Below the pieces are notes generated by a model. That model saw nothing but the letters and a program-made list of their open reading frames with translations. It searched no databases and was not told where the DNA came from. A stretch of DNA of 58,236 bases. It comes from Rhizaria sp. SCN 62-66 (Eukaryota). The stretch spans positions 1 through 58,236 of the forward strand of contig MEDY01000180.1 in NCBI GenBank assembly GCA_001724265.1. The letters run 5' to 3'. Each line of letters starts with the position of its first letter. Position 1 is the stretch's first letter. A program made the translations under genes and the position numbers. Of the stretch, positions 10,934 through 23,372 are shown one piece after another.

Positions 10934-13900
10934 ATGTCGGCCCCCCAGCGACAGCCGGCCGTGCCGCCCGGGTTATCTCCCCCCGCGACCGGCTTCGTGA
11001 CAATTCCGCTCTCTCTGTCGCCCACCACCCCCATCACCGCAAATACCGCATCCACGACTTCCGGAGCATCACGGGCAGCTACCGGGACCGCGTCGACAGT
11101 TCTCTCGTCGTCATCGTTGTTTGCATCCCCTCTTAACGCGTTGCAGGGCGGCGCTCAACTGGGCTCGATCTCAACAGCATCAGCCTCGGCTTCGACTCCG
11201 GCAGCGATCACCGGGGCCTCGGCGCTCGCACTGCTGCACCGGCGGCGCGCCAGCGCCTCGATCGCGGCCGCAGCCGCCGCATCCACAGCCGCGGCAGCTG
11301 CGACTGCAGCCACAGCAAGCAACGATAACGCGCGGGTTACCGCCATCGCTCCTGCCGCTACTGTGTTCGCGCCGGCTCCTATTGTACAGCAACAACTGCA
11401 GCAACCTCAAGATCAGCCCTTGCCTCAGCCGCAGCCGGCGAGTGCGGTCCCAACCCTGCAAGCAGACTCTCCGTCTTCATCGTCACAAGCCCCCAACAAT
11501 TACGACTACGCCAACGCCGACGCCGCTGCCGCCGACACTGACGTCGAGGCTGCCGCCGCCGAGGCCGCCGCTGCCGTCGCCGCGCCGCGCTCCTGGCAGT
11601 CCCTCCCCGCGGCGCTGGGACCGTCGGTGGCGGCCGCGTGGGCGCGCCTGCCGCGCCGCGCGCGCTGCTACGCGCACCATCTCCTGCAGGCCTCGTGGCA
11701 GGGCGCGCTGGCCGTGCCGCATCAGGTGTCGCCGGAGTCACCGCCGCTGCTGCGCGCTGTGCTGCTGGCCTTCGGGCGCGGCGACGCCGGTGCCGAGGAC
11801 TGCAAGAGCGTGCTGCTGCACCCACCGTACGCGAGGGGCAGTCTGTCGAAACAGAGTCACAACAGCGAGAGCTTCAGCAGCGTCAGTGACGGCAAAAGTG
11901 CAGCGAATAAGCAGGACGCTTTTGAGCCCGAGCAGAGTCCTGAGGAGGCTCTTGATACCATTCGTGACCATCTCGCAAAGCACCAACACGAGCTGCAGGA
12001 GCGTGACGTTAGCAGCCCAAATTCTTCTGGTGCAGTTGTTGACGAACTCACTGCAAACGCATACAGGATGTTCCCGACCCCTCGCGCCACGCTGGCGGTC
12101 GCACGCGTCGCCGTCGCCCATGGTCTTTACCCCAGTCTGTCTCACGCGCTCACGGCGCTGCTGACGCCCACGCCGCCGCGGTTTGTTGCAGCCTTTCTGC
12201 TGTTTGCGGCGACTGTGTGCGCCGGGCTGTCCAACCACTCTGCACACAGCGACGCAAAGGTTCTGCCACAGCTCCCACGGTACGTCTCGTAATATCTCTA
12301 TACTTGCAGAACGCAGAATCAATCCGAATGTTATTATTTGCTCACATGTTTATGGGATTTAATTGCATTATTTCCTGTTGATCTTTGGTTCTTTTCCTCT
12401 CTAGCGACGTGTTCGTCTCCCTGTGCTTCCGCCTGCCTGCGTGCCCGCCCCGGGACCCTGCGGCGGCCGAGCGCGCGCGCTGGCGCCGCCGTGCCGGGTT
12501 TTCTGATACTCACTCTCACACAGGCCGCGATCAGCCGTCGCTGTTGCCGTTGCCGTTGCCTTCACGGTCGCAGTCTCAGTCACAGGCCGCATCGGAGCAC
12601 GAGTCTGAGTCTGCCGCAGAGTCAGAGGCTGTGCTTGCCATGGCTTTTGACTGGGGAGTCAGCGCATCTTCTCATGATAACAACGCTGTAACCGGGTCTG
12701 TGGATGCTGCGCCCGCTGGCGTTGCGACTGCGACTCTGACTGCCACAGTCTCTGCTGCGTCAGCTGTGGGCGCTCAGTCACGCGCGCATTGGACGCGTCT
12801 GGCGCGTCTGCTGGCCAAGGTCATTGCCCCCGTTTACGACCAGCGTCCGGAGAAGCTGGCACTCGGTCCACCGGGTACGTATTTGCCTGCTTGATGTACA
12901 GTTGCAGTGAATATCGATATCGCGTTGTATCCACTCAGTTTTCGCATTATACCCCACTGATCTTTCCTTTCTCTTTGCTTTATCTCTTACGCACATGCAG
13001 ACCTTGGCGCCGTGAGCGGCTACTACTCGCCGTCAATCACTGAGAGCGACGTCGGCCGCGTCGGCGGCGCGCTGCACCAGAGTGGCATCACTGCATACAA
13101 CACGCGTCTCTTCGCGCAGTTCAAACCCAAACACAGCGACAACACGACGAGTGCGAGTCAGAACAAGCCCGCGCTCAAGCGGCAGCTGGTGCTGTCGATC
13201 TTCGCCGCGCTGCCGCGCGTGGGCCCGCTGCTCCCGCTGCCGCGGCCCGCGCCGCCGCTCTTTGGCGCCCCGCCGCGCCGCGCCCCGCCGCGCGCGCAGT
13301 TGCGGCTCGTCTACGAAGACCCCGCGCCCGGGGCGCTCGCGCGCGCCGCGCTGTGCCTCGCCGCGGCAGAGCGCTGGGCGCCCGCGCCCGCGCAACGGGC
13401 CTTTGTGGCGGCGCTGCAGCGGCATTTGCTCGTCGGTGACGGCGCGGAGCACGTCAAGGCGCAGCAGCTCTGGGTGTCGCGGCCGCCGCAGGACGGCGTC
13501 GACTGCAACCTCGGCTTCATGGAGTCGTATCGGTACGCCAAAACATGCACCTTGATACCTTGATATCTATTTTGAAAGTACATAGTATCCCATATATTTA
13601 TTTTATTTATCTCCATGAAAAGAAATTCATCTCACGTCACTCCTGTCTTTGTTCACTCCCTTTTACCTCCGCAGCGACTGCTACGGCGCGCGCGGTGAGT
13701 GGGAGGGCTTCGTCGCGCTGCCCTGTCCGCGCCGCGCCGCGCTGGCCCACGCCGCGCGCCGCCACTTCACGTTTCTCTCGCGCCGCGTGCCGTGCCCCAC
13801 CGGAGCCGCCCCGCTCGCCGCGCTGGACCCGCCGTTCGCGCCAGATGGAGCCACCGCGACCGCCGCAGCCGTGCCTGCGTCTCTGCCACAGTCTGCAGCT

Positions 13901-16900
13901 AACGACGATCGTGCAGCGCGTGCTGAAGCAACCAAACCCGACTCGAACGAGAACACTCTCTCTGCGTCGACTCTCAACAATGATGCAAGCTCTGACGTTG
14001 CCGCTGCCGCTGCCTCTGCCCTTCCAGCCGCGCCCTCATTGTTACTGGGCTTCGCCGGTTCCGCAGTGCCGCTCGGCGTGAATCTGCCTAACTACGCCTC
14101 CGTTCGCGACCGCGAGGGCCACCGCTCGCTGCCGTTCGCCAACGTTGCCGCGGAGACGCTGCTGGCGCGCGCGGCGCCGCTGCTGCCACCGGGACTCCGC
14201 GCCGCGGTCGAGGCCGGCGGCAGGGATGCCGCGGCGATGCTCGCGGCGCTCGCGGAGCACGTGGCGGCGCCCGTGGGCGTGCTCGTGATGCGCGACGACG
14301 ACGACGCCGACGGCAACAACACTGACGCGCAGCTGGCGCGGGAACGGGAGCGGAGGCGGCGTGCGCGCAAGAGCAGGGGCAAGAACGACAGGAAGTTGCG
14401 GTTGCGGCGCCAGAAGCGGCGACAGCAGCGGCAGGAGCGGCGGCTGCGACACGATGCGAGCGGCGTTAACAGCAGCAGCCTGAGTCGCACTCGCGGTCGC
14501 AGCGGCAGCAGCAGCACGAGCGCGAGTGAAGTAAGTGACTTCAACCACAGCGACGACAGCGACGCGGCCAGCGGCGGCGCCGGCAGCAAGAGCGACAGCC
14601 AGAGCGACGACGATGAGGACGAAGACAGCGCCACCGACAGCGGTACTGACGACGACGGTACCACGAGCACCGACACGACCACGGATGAAGACGCCGATGG
14701 CGATAGTGATGAGAGCAGCGAGGACGACGCAAGGACGGGCTCTAGCGCGGAGTCCGAGGCTGCAAGTGTGGGCTCCTTGCATCCTATCACGGGCTTGCCC
14801 TTGAGCTACAGCGGCTACCCCGCTGCTGTGCTGACCTCACGGAAAACCACTGCGATGAAAGCTGCAGCCAGTCGTCGCTCGAAATCTCGTTCAAGCAAGA
14901 GCAAGAGCAAGAGTAAGAGCGATAGCGCTCAGCCTACAACAGACGATACAACTGACGACGGGAGCGACGTCAGTGCTGCGCGTGTTGGCGCTGACGTCGA
15001 CGCTCTGCTGTCGCCGTCACCGCCGCAGTCGGAGCCCGATCTCGACACAGAGCCCGAGCCTGAGCTCATCAAGACGGCCCGCGTGACGCCCGCGTCTGCG
15101 TTCGGCCCCTCGTTTGCGACGCTGGAGACGACGCGGCAGTTGGCCACGGCGCTGTACCTGCTCTCGGATCCGCACGTGCTGCGCGTGTGCGGCTACGCGA
15201 CACCCGGGCAGCAGCGCGCCGCGCTGGCGGCGGCCTGGGCCGGCGTCGCCACTGAGGGGCTGCTGGGGCTCGCCAACTACCACCCCGACTTCGACGATCA
15301 GGGCCAAGACGATGGCGATGAGGACGCTGATGCTGACGCTGAGGACGACAACGACGATGACGGTGCGATCAAGCAGACGCCTGCGACTGCGAGCGGTGAC
15401 GCCAGTGACCGTGACAATGAGAGTCGCGCAGTGTCCACCAAAGCTCTGGCCCACGCTCTGTCGACGCCCGCTGCGTCTGGCTCATGGGCTCTTGCGCGGT
15501 CACAGGCCGCGTTTGCAGTTGCCAAGGCCATGATGGGGGCCGGACTGCTCTTTGTCGACGTGCGCTACAGTGACAGAGATGCGACTAGTGCCAATGCAGA
15601 GGCTGATGCAAGGAACAAGCAACACGGCTTGAGCACTAAGAACACGCTGAACCTTGCGACTGACACTGCCGGGAGCCACAATAGCATTGTCGGCGGCGCA
15701 AGCGCTAGCGCAGCGGAACTGGCCCTGTTCGCACCGCCTGAGGACCTCTCAAACTGGCGCATCCGCCCTCGCCCCTCCAATTCTGCGCGCGCGTGTGTGC
15801 GCGTGTGGGTCGACACAGAAGCGCTCTTCACGCTTGCATGCGGCACCGGCGCGCGCGTTGTCGGCGCCATTGCGTACCGTCTCCAGCTGCACCGCGCCTG
15901 CAACGAGCCCTTAGAGGGCTCCGGGTACTTGGACGACCTCACCGCGGTCCCCACAGCGCTGCTGCGTCTGAGGGCCGCGCTGCTGGGCCGGGCGCGCGCG
16001 CCGCTGCTCGTGGCGCAGCCACAGACTGTGCGCGTGTCGCTGCGGCAGCTAAGGGGCTACTTACACAATGACGACGCCTCGACTAGCTCTGATGCGATCG
16101 CGCAGTCGCCCACGAAGTCGCCCGCTCAGCTGCAGCCCCAGTCCCAGTCGCAGGCCCAGCTGTCGCTGCCGCTGCCGACGACGCTGGGCGGTGGGCTGGT
16201 CGTGCCGCGCTGGGACGCGCCTGCCCCGGAGCCGCTGGTGCTGCTGGCGTCAGTGCTCGACCGGCGCGTCGACATCGGTGCCCGGCGCAGCGCCGCGGTT
16301 GATTTGAGCGAGCCGGCGGCTGCGTACAAGAGCCTGAGTGTCACTCCAACGTTTCACGACAATGCGACTCATTCAAGCAAGGAGAGCACCAGTACAAAGG
16401 CGATAAATCGTGTTGGGGTCAGTAAGAGTTGTTTGCTCTTCATCCCCCCGCCCCCGCTGCCTGATCTGATGCAAACCGCAGCCACCAATTCCGCTCTCAC
16501 GTCAGCCGCACTGGCGCACGCGTCCACAAACAATGCAACCAACGGCGCTGTAGCGGCTGCTTTGAGCCGTTTGACTGGTCTGCGGGGCCCGGCGCCTGCA
16601 GTGGCCGCGGCGCGTTCCGCGGCGGCTGCGGCGGGCGCGCGCGCGCGTGCTCGTGCGCAGGGTCTGAGCCAGCAGCAGGCGACCGCGCTCGCGCTCGCTG
16701 CGGCCAACCAGACCCTAGCCGGCACCGACGCAGACGCTGCAACGGCTGCGAACGACGCATCTGTAGCGGGTGCTGCTGACGATCCTCGAGCTAACCTTGA
16801 GAGCGGACGACAAGGCAAGCGTTTCGGTAACAGGCGCGGCGCGCATCGTCGCCGTCCTGGCTACGGCGGCAGCGGAAGCGAGCCTGACGAGACGGAGGCT

Positions 16901-17473
16901 GCGACTTGGACCGAAGGCACCGAGGGCACCGAGGCTGAGACTGAGACGGAGGCGGTAGCAGGCACAGACGCACCTGAGACGGAACAACAACCTGAGCCGG
17001 AGTTTGACGAATCTGCACAACAGCAGCAGTTCGGCGACGGCGATCGATACGACGCTGACGACGAGGACGAGGACGAGGATAGCGGTGGTGATGACGATGA
17101 TGCTGCTGGCGACGAAGAAGACGAAGACAGCGACAGCGAGTACGTGCTCGTCACGTTCCCGTCAACGCACTGCGGTGTCATCGACGCGACAGTTTCACGT
17201 TACTGCTGGGACGCGCCCGTTCTCCCCGCGCCGCCTTCGTTCAGTCCTCGCGGGGCTCACGGTCACTTTATGGGTGCAATTGGCACGAGCATGAGCTACA
17301 ATGGCAATAAGTATCACGGCGCTAGTGATGATCACACTGACATCTCCAACGACGATGGCAGCATCAGCGGTGATGCTGAGCGGTCTAACTTTCGTTCATC
17401 TTCTGGTAACCCAGTGATGCACCTTGGCCTTGATGAGGACGAAGAGTGCCACGCCCACCCACTCTTATTTTAA
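10934..17473 (+). CDS. DPP3: Dipeptidyl-peptidase III (M49) family protein, probably catalytically inactive, about 2048 aa. Exons 10934-12279, 12405-12874, 13001-13532, 13675-17473
   Basis: DPP3-like blocks YAHHLLQASWQGALAVPHQVSPESP, SNHSAHSDAKVLPQLP, LGFMESYRDCYGARGEWEGFVA and FAGSAVPLGVNLPNYASVRDREGHRSLPFANV. Three GTACG..AG introns give a continuous frame; stop is TAA. Confidence 0.85.
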
Positions 17474-17840
17474 CCAACACTCAAGTCTGAGCTTGACACG
17501 ATGTTGTATATTTTCTTAAAAATTCGGATTATTTAGCAATCTATCATGGCAACCAATACACATATACACATTGTATTGCTAAAAACTATCGCATGCAAGA
17601 ATTAGCAATTACTCGTAGTCTCCAGTGGAAAATCTATTGTTTATTCTCATCATTGGATTCTGCAATTGCATTCGTCCGGGCCATATCAAAGAGTGGCCCA
17701 GCTGGCGTTGCGTTGACACTGAACAGAAAGGGATACAAAACAGATCCATGTGTACGCAAATACTTGCACTGGGTAAAATCTTCAACACTCTCAGAGCGTT
17801 TCACACAAACAGTCACATTTCTAGGTGTGTCACAACTGGT

Positions 17841-20407
17841 TCACACTCTCACCTCGGTGTTGGCGCTGCCCTTCTGCGCCGCGCCATGCGCGCTGCCACC
17901 GGGTGCCGCTGCGGCGATCGCTGCGACGACCTTGGCGAGCATGCCCTCGATCTTGCGCACGCTGAACTCGGCGAGAAACTTGGCTAGCCCGGCCGGTGTG
18001 ACCACGTTGCGCACGGTCTCGGTGCCGTCGCCATTCACGGTAACTCGCTGCCCCTCGCTGCCCACGGTCACCAAGGGCTGTCCGTCGGGCCCACCGGTGC
18101 TGCTGGAGGCGCTCGGGGACTGCGGTGGCGCGGAGGAGACGCGGGAGCGCGTGGTCGCGAGTACGACCGCTGCCTCGGGGTCGGGGCAAAAGCGCGACCA
18201 AATGTACGTGCAGGGCGTGGGGTACCCGTTGGCGGCCAGGAAGACGTTGATGTCGGCCTGCGTGAGGAATCCACGCCGCGCGGTGTCGAGCGTGGTGAAG
18301 ATCTGCAGCCCCAGGCGCCGCTTGCGGTCGCTGACGAAGTGCGTCTTGACCGTGATGTACGGCGGGAGATCGGTGTACACGGCCGTCGGGACCTTGGAGG
18401 TAAACTGCGTGAGCAATAGGGCGCGGATGTCCCCGCCAACGCCCGGCGCGGCCAGACCGGCGCCGACCGCGCTGTTGCCGCTGTTGTTGCTGCCACTGTT
18501 GTTGCTGCTCGCGGACTCTGGCGCCGAGAACAGCGGCGCAGGGTGGCCCGGCGTGGGCACTAAATCAGCCGCAGTGAGCGCGGGCACGGCGTCGCGCAGA
18601 CCAAGAGCTGTGCGGCGCTCGCGCTCGTCAGCCTCCTGGCGCTTGCGCGCGGCCGCCTCGCGCTGCTGGTGCTCCGCCTCGGTCTGGAATACGGCGGAAA
18701 AAAATCATTAAATTACACGTGGTTAAGACGTATATGTGAGTACTTTGAAGTAAAAATAGACATGTGAACTTAAATAAACAAATTGCATATATATATATAA
18801 ACAAAATACAACATAGTGTAAGAGATGTCCCCAATATGTCGTACCTGCGCACGCTTCTTGGCGGCCTCAGTCTCCTTGCGCCGGCGCTGCTGCTGGCGCT
18901 GCTCACGTTCCTGCCGCCTCTTCTTGGCCGCGGCCGAGACGGGCAGCCCCGCCAGCGCGGCAAGCGTGTCCTCTTCGTCCTCCTCCTCGTCGTCGCGGCT
19001 GTCACTGTTGCTGTCGCCGTCGTCGTTGGGGTCGCGGTGGTCCTTGGCGTTGATGATCATCTTGCCGCTCTTGCCGTAGTGGCCCTGGCCGTGCGCGCCG
19101 CCGGCCTCTGGGTCCGCGCCGTCGTTGTCGTCGTCGTCGGGCCCACCAGGGGTGACGTAGCCTTCCTCGCCAGGACGCGGCCTACCTTTAGCGCCGCGGT
19201 GGCCCGCCTTGTTGCTCCCCGCACCGCTGCTAGCCCCCGCGCTGCTAGCCCCCGCCGCACGGTCGCTGCCACTGTTAGCGGCCGCGGCAGCAACGGGGAC
19301 GGGCTCGGGAGGCGGGGACTTGGTGTACTCAAACGGCGTCCAGGGCCCCTTAGCGGGCAGCGCGCCGGTGGGGTGACCGTGGGTACCCTTAGACCTGTGG
19401 CCGCCGGCGCCGCCGACGACCGATTGAGTGCTGCCGAAGTTAGCATTCTCACCAGCAGCACCATTGTTATCCATAACATTGCTATTGTTGTTGTTGTTAC
19501 GGACGAAGGTGCTGCGGCCGCGGACGCCCAGCACAGACTCGCCGCCGCGTAAGTACTGCTGGTTGCTCGCACCTTGCGCGTTGTTGCTAGCGCACGCAGC
19601 CAAGTTCTTGACGCCGATAACGCCGGTGCTGTCGCCGCCGTTGCTGTTGAGATTGTTGTTATTGCTACCCAGCGTCCCCGTGCTATTCATCGCATTGCTA
19701 TTCGAGTTGTTATTGTGGTTGTTGTTCTGGTGGTGGGGGTGAGCGACGGAGGAGGTGGCGACGAAGCTCGGCGCAACCCTCGCCCCGCGCGGCTGACTGG
19801 CTGCCTCCACCGCGGCAGCCTTGGCCAGCGTGTCCGACGGGTCCGCCGCGCGCGCAGGCGGCGGGCGCGCCAGCACAAGCGGCACTGAAAGCGTCGACAC
19901 CCCCGACCACGTCACGGCGGCCTGCGCCGGGGACCGGCCGGGGCACGCGGGCGCAGTGAGCGCCGCGAGGTCCAGCGAGGCAGAAGCCACGGTGCGCGAG
20001 GGCGGCGCGCGGGCGTCGCCGTCGGCCCCGGCGGCGTCAGCGTCGGCGCGGGGCGCGCAGGGACCGCAGGGCGGGAGTAGCGGGAAGGACGTCAGAGGCA
20101 GGTCGAGCTCCTTGAGCGACAGGCGCAGCACGCGCATGTCAGGGGTGATGCGGAAGGAGAGTGCGTGCTGCCACGCAACCACGGGCCCCGCGTGGTGCTG
20201 CGGGGCCGACAGCGCGGCCGCGTCGTCGTCGGGCTCGAAGTCAACCGCGGCCGCCGCGGCGAGGGCGGGGGCTTCGACACCGACACTCTCGGTGATGGTC
20301 ACGTGTAGGATGCCCGACAGAAGCTCGGGGTCGGGGCCGGTGGCCGCGGCGGGCGGCGCGGCAGCGCGCTGGGTCGCGGGACGGCCGAGGGGGCGCGTGC
20401 CGAGCAT
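17841..20407 (-). CDS. C2-like domain plus EF-hand-like protein, about 801 aa. Exons 20407-18845, 18683-17841 (3' end may splice again at 17852)
   Basis: N-terminal GILHVTITES...VVAWQHALSFRITPDMRVLRLSLKE resembles a C2 domain; IFTTLDTARRGFLTQADI resembles an EF hand. Intron 18844-18684 (GTACGA..CAG) joins the ORFs in frame. Confidence 0.6.
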
Positions 20408-20910
20408 CGCGGAGATCGGACGGGCGCGCGGAAAAGGACTGGGTGGAGAGGAGTGGGGGGCGTGCGCCTGGGTGTCGGTTAAGAGAAGAAAAGGCTACGG
20501 GGGAGGTGCACATTCACATGGAGAAGTGAGAAAATATTAAAATATATGATCAAACTTGTAAAGTCATAGTACAAGCCAGCTTGTCTCAATGACGGAGTTT
20601 CGAGTGGATAATTGAGGTCAAAAGTTGAGTCAGACAAACGGTCTATGAAAAAACGGTCACCACCTTGGTCCAGATCCAGTTGACTCGACCGTCATATTGA
20701 GCAGCTCAATCTCGCTTCACTGACCGTCATCCCAATAACAGCGACGCTAACTCGACCAAATACCTATGTTCAATACTAACCTCATTTGAATTTTGTTCTG
20801 TGCTTCCCTGTGTGCTCTAGGCTGACCCCTCGTCAGTTCCCACTCGCGAAGCCCTCGGCCATCACCTCGCAACAACACCCAGCTCAGCCTACTGACCCTG
20901 ACCGGTGCTG

Positions 20911-21819
20911 ATGAGTGGGCTGTCCAAGGACGAGCGCTCCGAGCTCATCTCTTCCCTTAACGCCGTCGGCGGCCGCCTCAAGCTCAAGGGCGTCACCATT
21001 AAGGGCAACCGGTACGTTCCCGTGCAACTACTATCACCACTCTCAACCTTTGCTAGTTGTCGCACTCTACCACGATCTCACGTCTTCTTGTCTCGCAATC
21101 TTTGTTTTATGTCACGTCCCCAGCGTTAAGCGCACTGCCCCCGACCCGGAGCCGGCCCCCGTGGCAGCCGGCAACCGCCCCGCCGGCTCCTACAACGCCA
21201 ACAGCGGCGCCGGCGGCTACAGCGGCTACAACCCTCGCGCCGCGCACAACAACAACACCCGCGGCGGCGGCGGGCGCGGCGGCGACGACGGGCGCGAGCC
21301 TCCGCTGTCGGCGGCCCCGCTGTCGGCGGCAGAGCGCGAGGCCGCGGCGGCGCGCGCGGCGGCGCAGCGGGCGCTGGAGACAGCCCCGGCACTGCCCGTC
21401 AGTACGCTGCCTAAGACGAAGGCCGAGCGTGACTACGAGCGCGCGCAGGAGGAAAAGGTGCGCATATATTGCAACGCAATCGCTATATCTTTCCGAATTA
21501 CTTTCTTATTCACTTGCACATTAACGCTATCTATGCTATATCTTAGTTTTGTAACAATGGTAGCTCACTTGACATTTTTGCTTTCTTTGCTCCGATCCGT
21601 TTTTTTTTTCATCCCCCCATTCTTATGTTATCTCGACTCCGACCGTGACTGTGTCCTCTGATTGTAATCTCCGACTGCGATCTCTGACTGCGACTGCAGT
21701 CCCGCGAGGAGGCCGCCAAGCGCGCCCTCAAGTCCCACCGCGAGACGATCGAAGAGTTTAACACGGCGCTCGGCAAGCTCACCGAGCACAACCAGATGCC
21801 GCGCGTCGGCCCGGGCTAA
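20911..21819 (+). CDS. FAM32A: FAM32A (DUF1754) splicing-associated protein, 184 aa. Exons 20911-21011, 21124-21457, 21700-21819
   Basis: GGRLKLKG at the N terminus, KTKAERDYE, and C-terminal KSHRETIEEFNTALGKLTEHNQMPRVGPG, then TAA. Two canonical introns. Confidence 0.88.
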
Positions 21820-22280
21820 CGGACCTCGTGCCCCGGCGTGATCGGCGGCTGTCTCAACGGGTGGCGACGCGGTCTTAGCGGTGCTTAATGTAATGTCACA
21901 TTTAGCTGCGACTACAAGGGAGAAGATGCTCATGTAGAATGAAGTTACACTAGTATAATAAACAAATTATTTGAAAGTACGCGATTTACGAGTTTCAGCT
22001 CCATAGATGCTCATTTGCTTGAAATATCGTCACAACTATGCCGTGTTTTAAGACCCGTAACAGACGGCAGCATTTTGATGATGACCAATAGTGGCAGTGA
22101 GGTGGGGGGATCTGCGTGTCAGCGAAATGGGACTGAAGATACAGATCAACGTTGATCGTCAACGCAGACAATATAATGCCCACGTAATATTCTATGATTA
22201 TTAATTTTCAACCCCATTTTCTAATTTCTCACCACTAACCATCTTGTGGGTCTATTCTCTTCCTGTTTGCGCAGTGACCC

Positions 22281-23026
22281 ATGGCTGAGACAGCGTCCGA
22301 CAAGGACGAGCGTTCGTTCCTCACCAAGGTCTACGACACAACCATCCGCCCTCTCACCTCGATGTCCTTCCGCACCGTACGTCTATTATTCCAATGCGAA
22401 CAACGCATTTCACTTACACTCGTATTCTTGCACTCCATTCTCCCTCCCTGTCTCTCGACCCACCTTCTGCTTGATCTCACTCTCTATCCACTCTTCTTTC
22501 TCGCACATGTTACTCCTTCCGCGCTGCGCATCCACAACAGCTGACGACGCAGATTCTGAACCTGCTTCTGGTTGTGTGCACCGCGCTAATGATCTGGAAG
22601 GCCTTCATGGTCTACACCGGCTCCGAGTCCCCCGTCGTCGTCGTCCTCTCGGGCAGCATGGAGCCCACGTTCTACAAGGGCGACATCCTCTTCCTCAACC
22701 TGGGCACCGAGCCCTTCTCGATCGGCGAGACAGTCGTGTTCAAGATTCCCGGCCGCGAGATCCCGATCGTGCACCGCATCCTCGAGGTGCACGAGCGCGA
22801 AGACGGCCACCAGGACATCCTCACCAAGGGCGACAACAACGACGGCTTCGACCGGCCGCTCTACTCGGGGCAGACGTGGATCCGCAAGGACCAGATCCTG
22901 GGCCGCGCCAGGGGACTGCTGCCGCATGTCGGGCATCTTACGATCATTATGAGCGAGTTCCCCATCTTCAAATACGTACTGCTTGGGGTCATGGGGTTCT
23001 TTGTACTCACGGCTAAGGGAGAGTGA
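22281..23026 (+). CDS. SEC11: Signal peptidase complex catalytic subunit SEC11, 193 aa. Exons 22281-22376, 22541-23026
   Basis: TGSESPVVVVLSGSMEP, REIPIVHR, ILTKGDNN. Intron 22377-22540 (GTACGT..CAG); stop is TGA. Confidence 0.97.
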
Positions 23027-23372
23027 TCTCATAGCAAATGGCGTTTTTCTCGCTTTGTTTTCATATCCGCGAGGATGTTTTTGATATTAGGGCCAGGAGT
23101 GGTATATAGTCCATGTTCATACACTTTTATTGCTTAAATATACAATTTGTGCTGGAATATCGTCACTTTTGTTTCTCTGAATAACGTTTGTGGTGGAGGC
23201 GTTGTTCAAGTGGGCATCGAATTCTTTTTCATGTTGCAAGCGCGTGATCGACAAAACAAAACAGCACAATATCAGCACGTTCGACCCGTCAGCACGCTAT
23301 TATATGTATTCATAAATATATACCCCTCACACTAGATAACTTTCTCTTCATTCCGCCCCGCAGTCGCTGCGT

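Noticed and set aside
23279-23290. GTTCGACCC tRNA T-loop-like word (also GTTCGAACC near 50590)
   Set aside because: No T-stem, acceptor stem or cloverleaf can be built. No tRNA, including a CUA-anticodon tRNA, is visible in this window.
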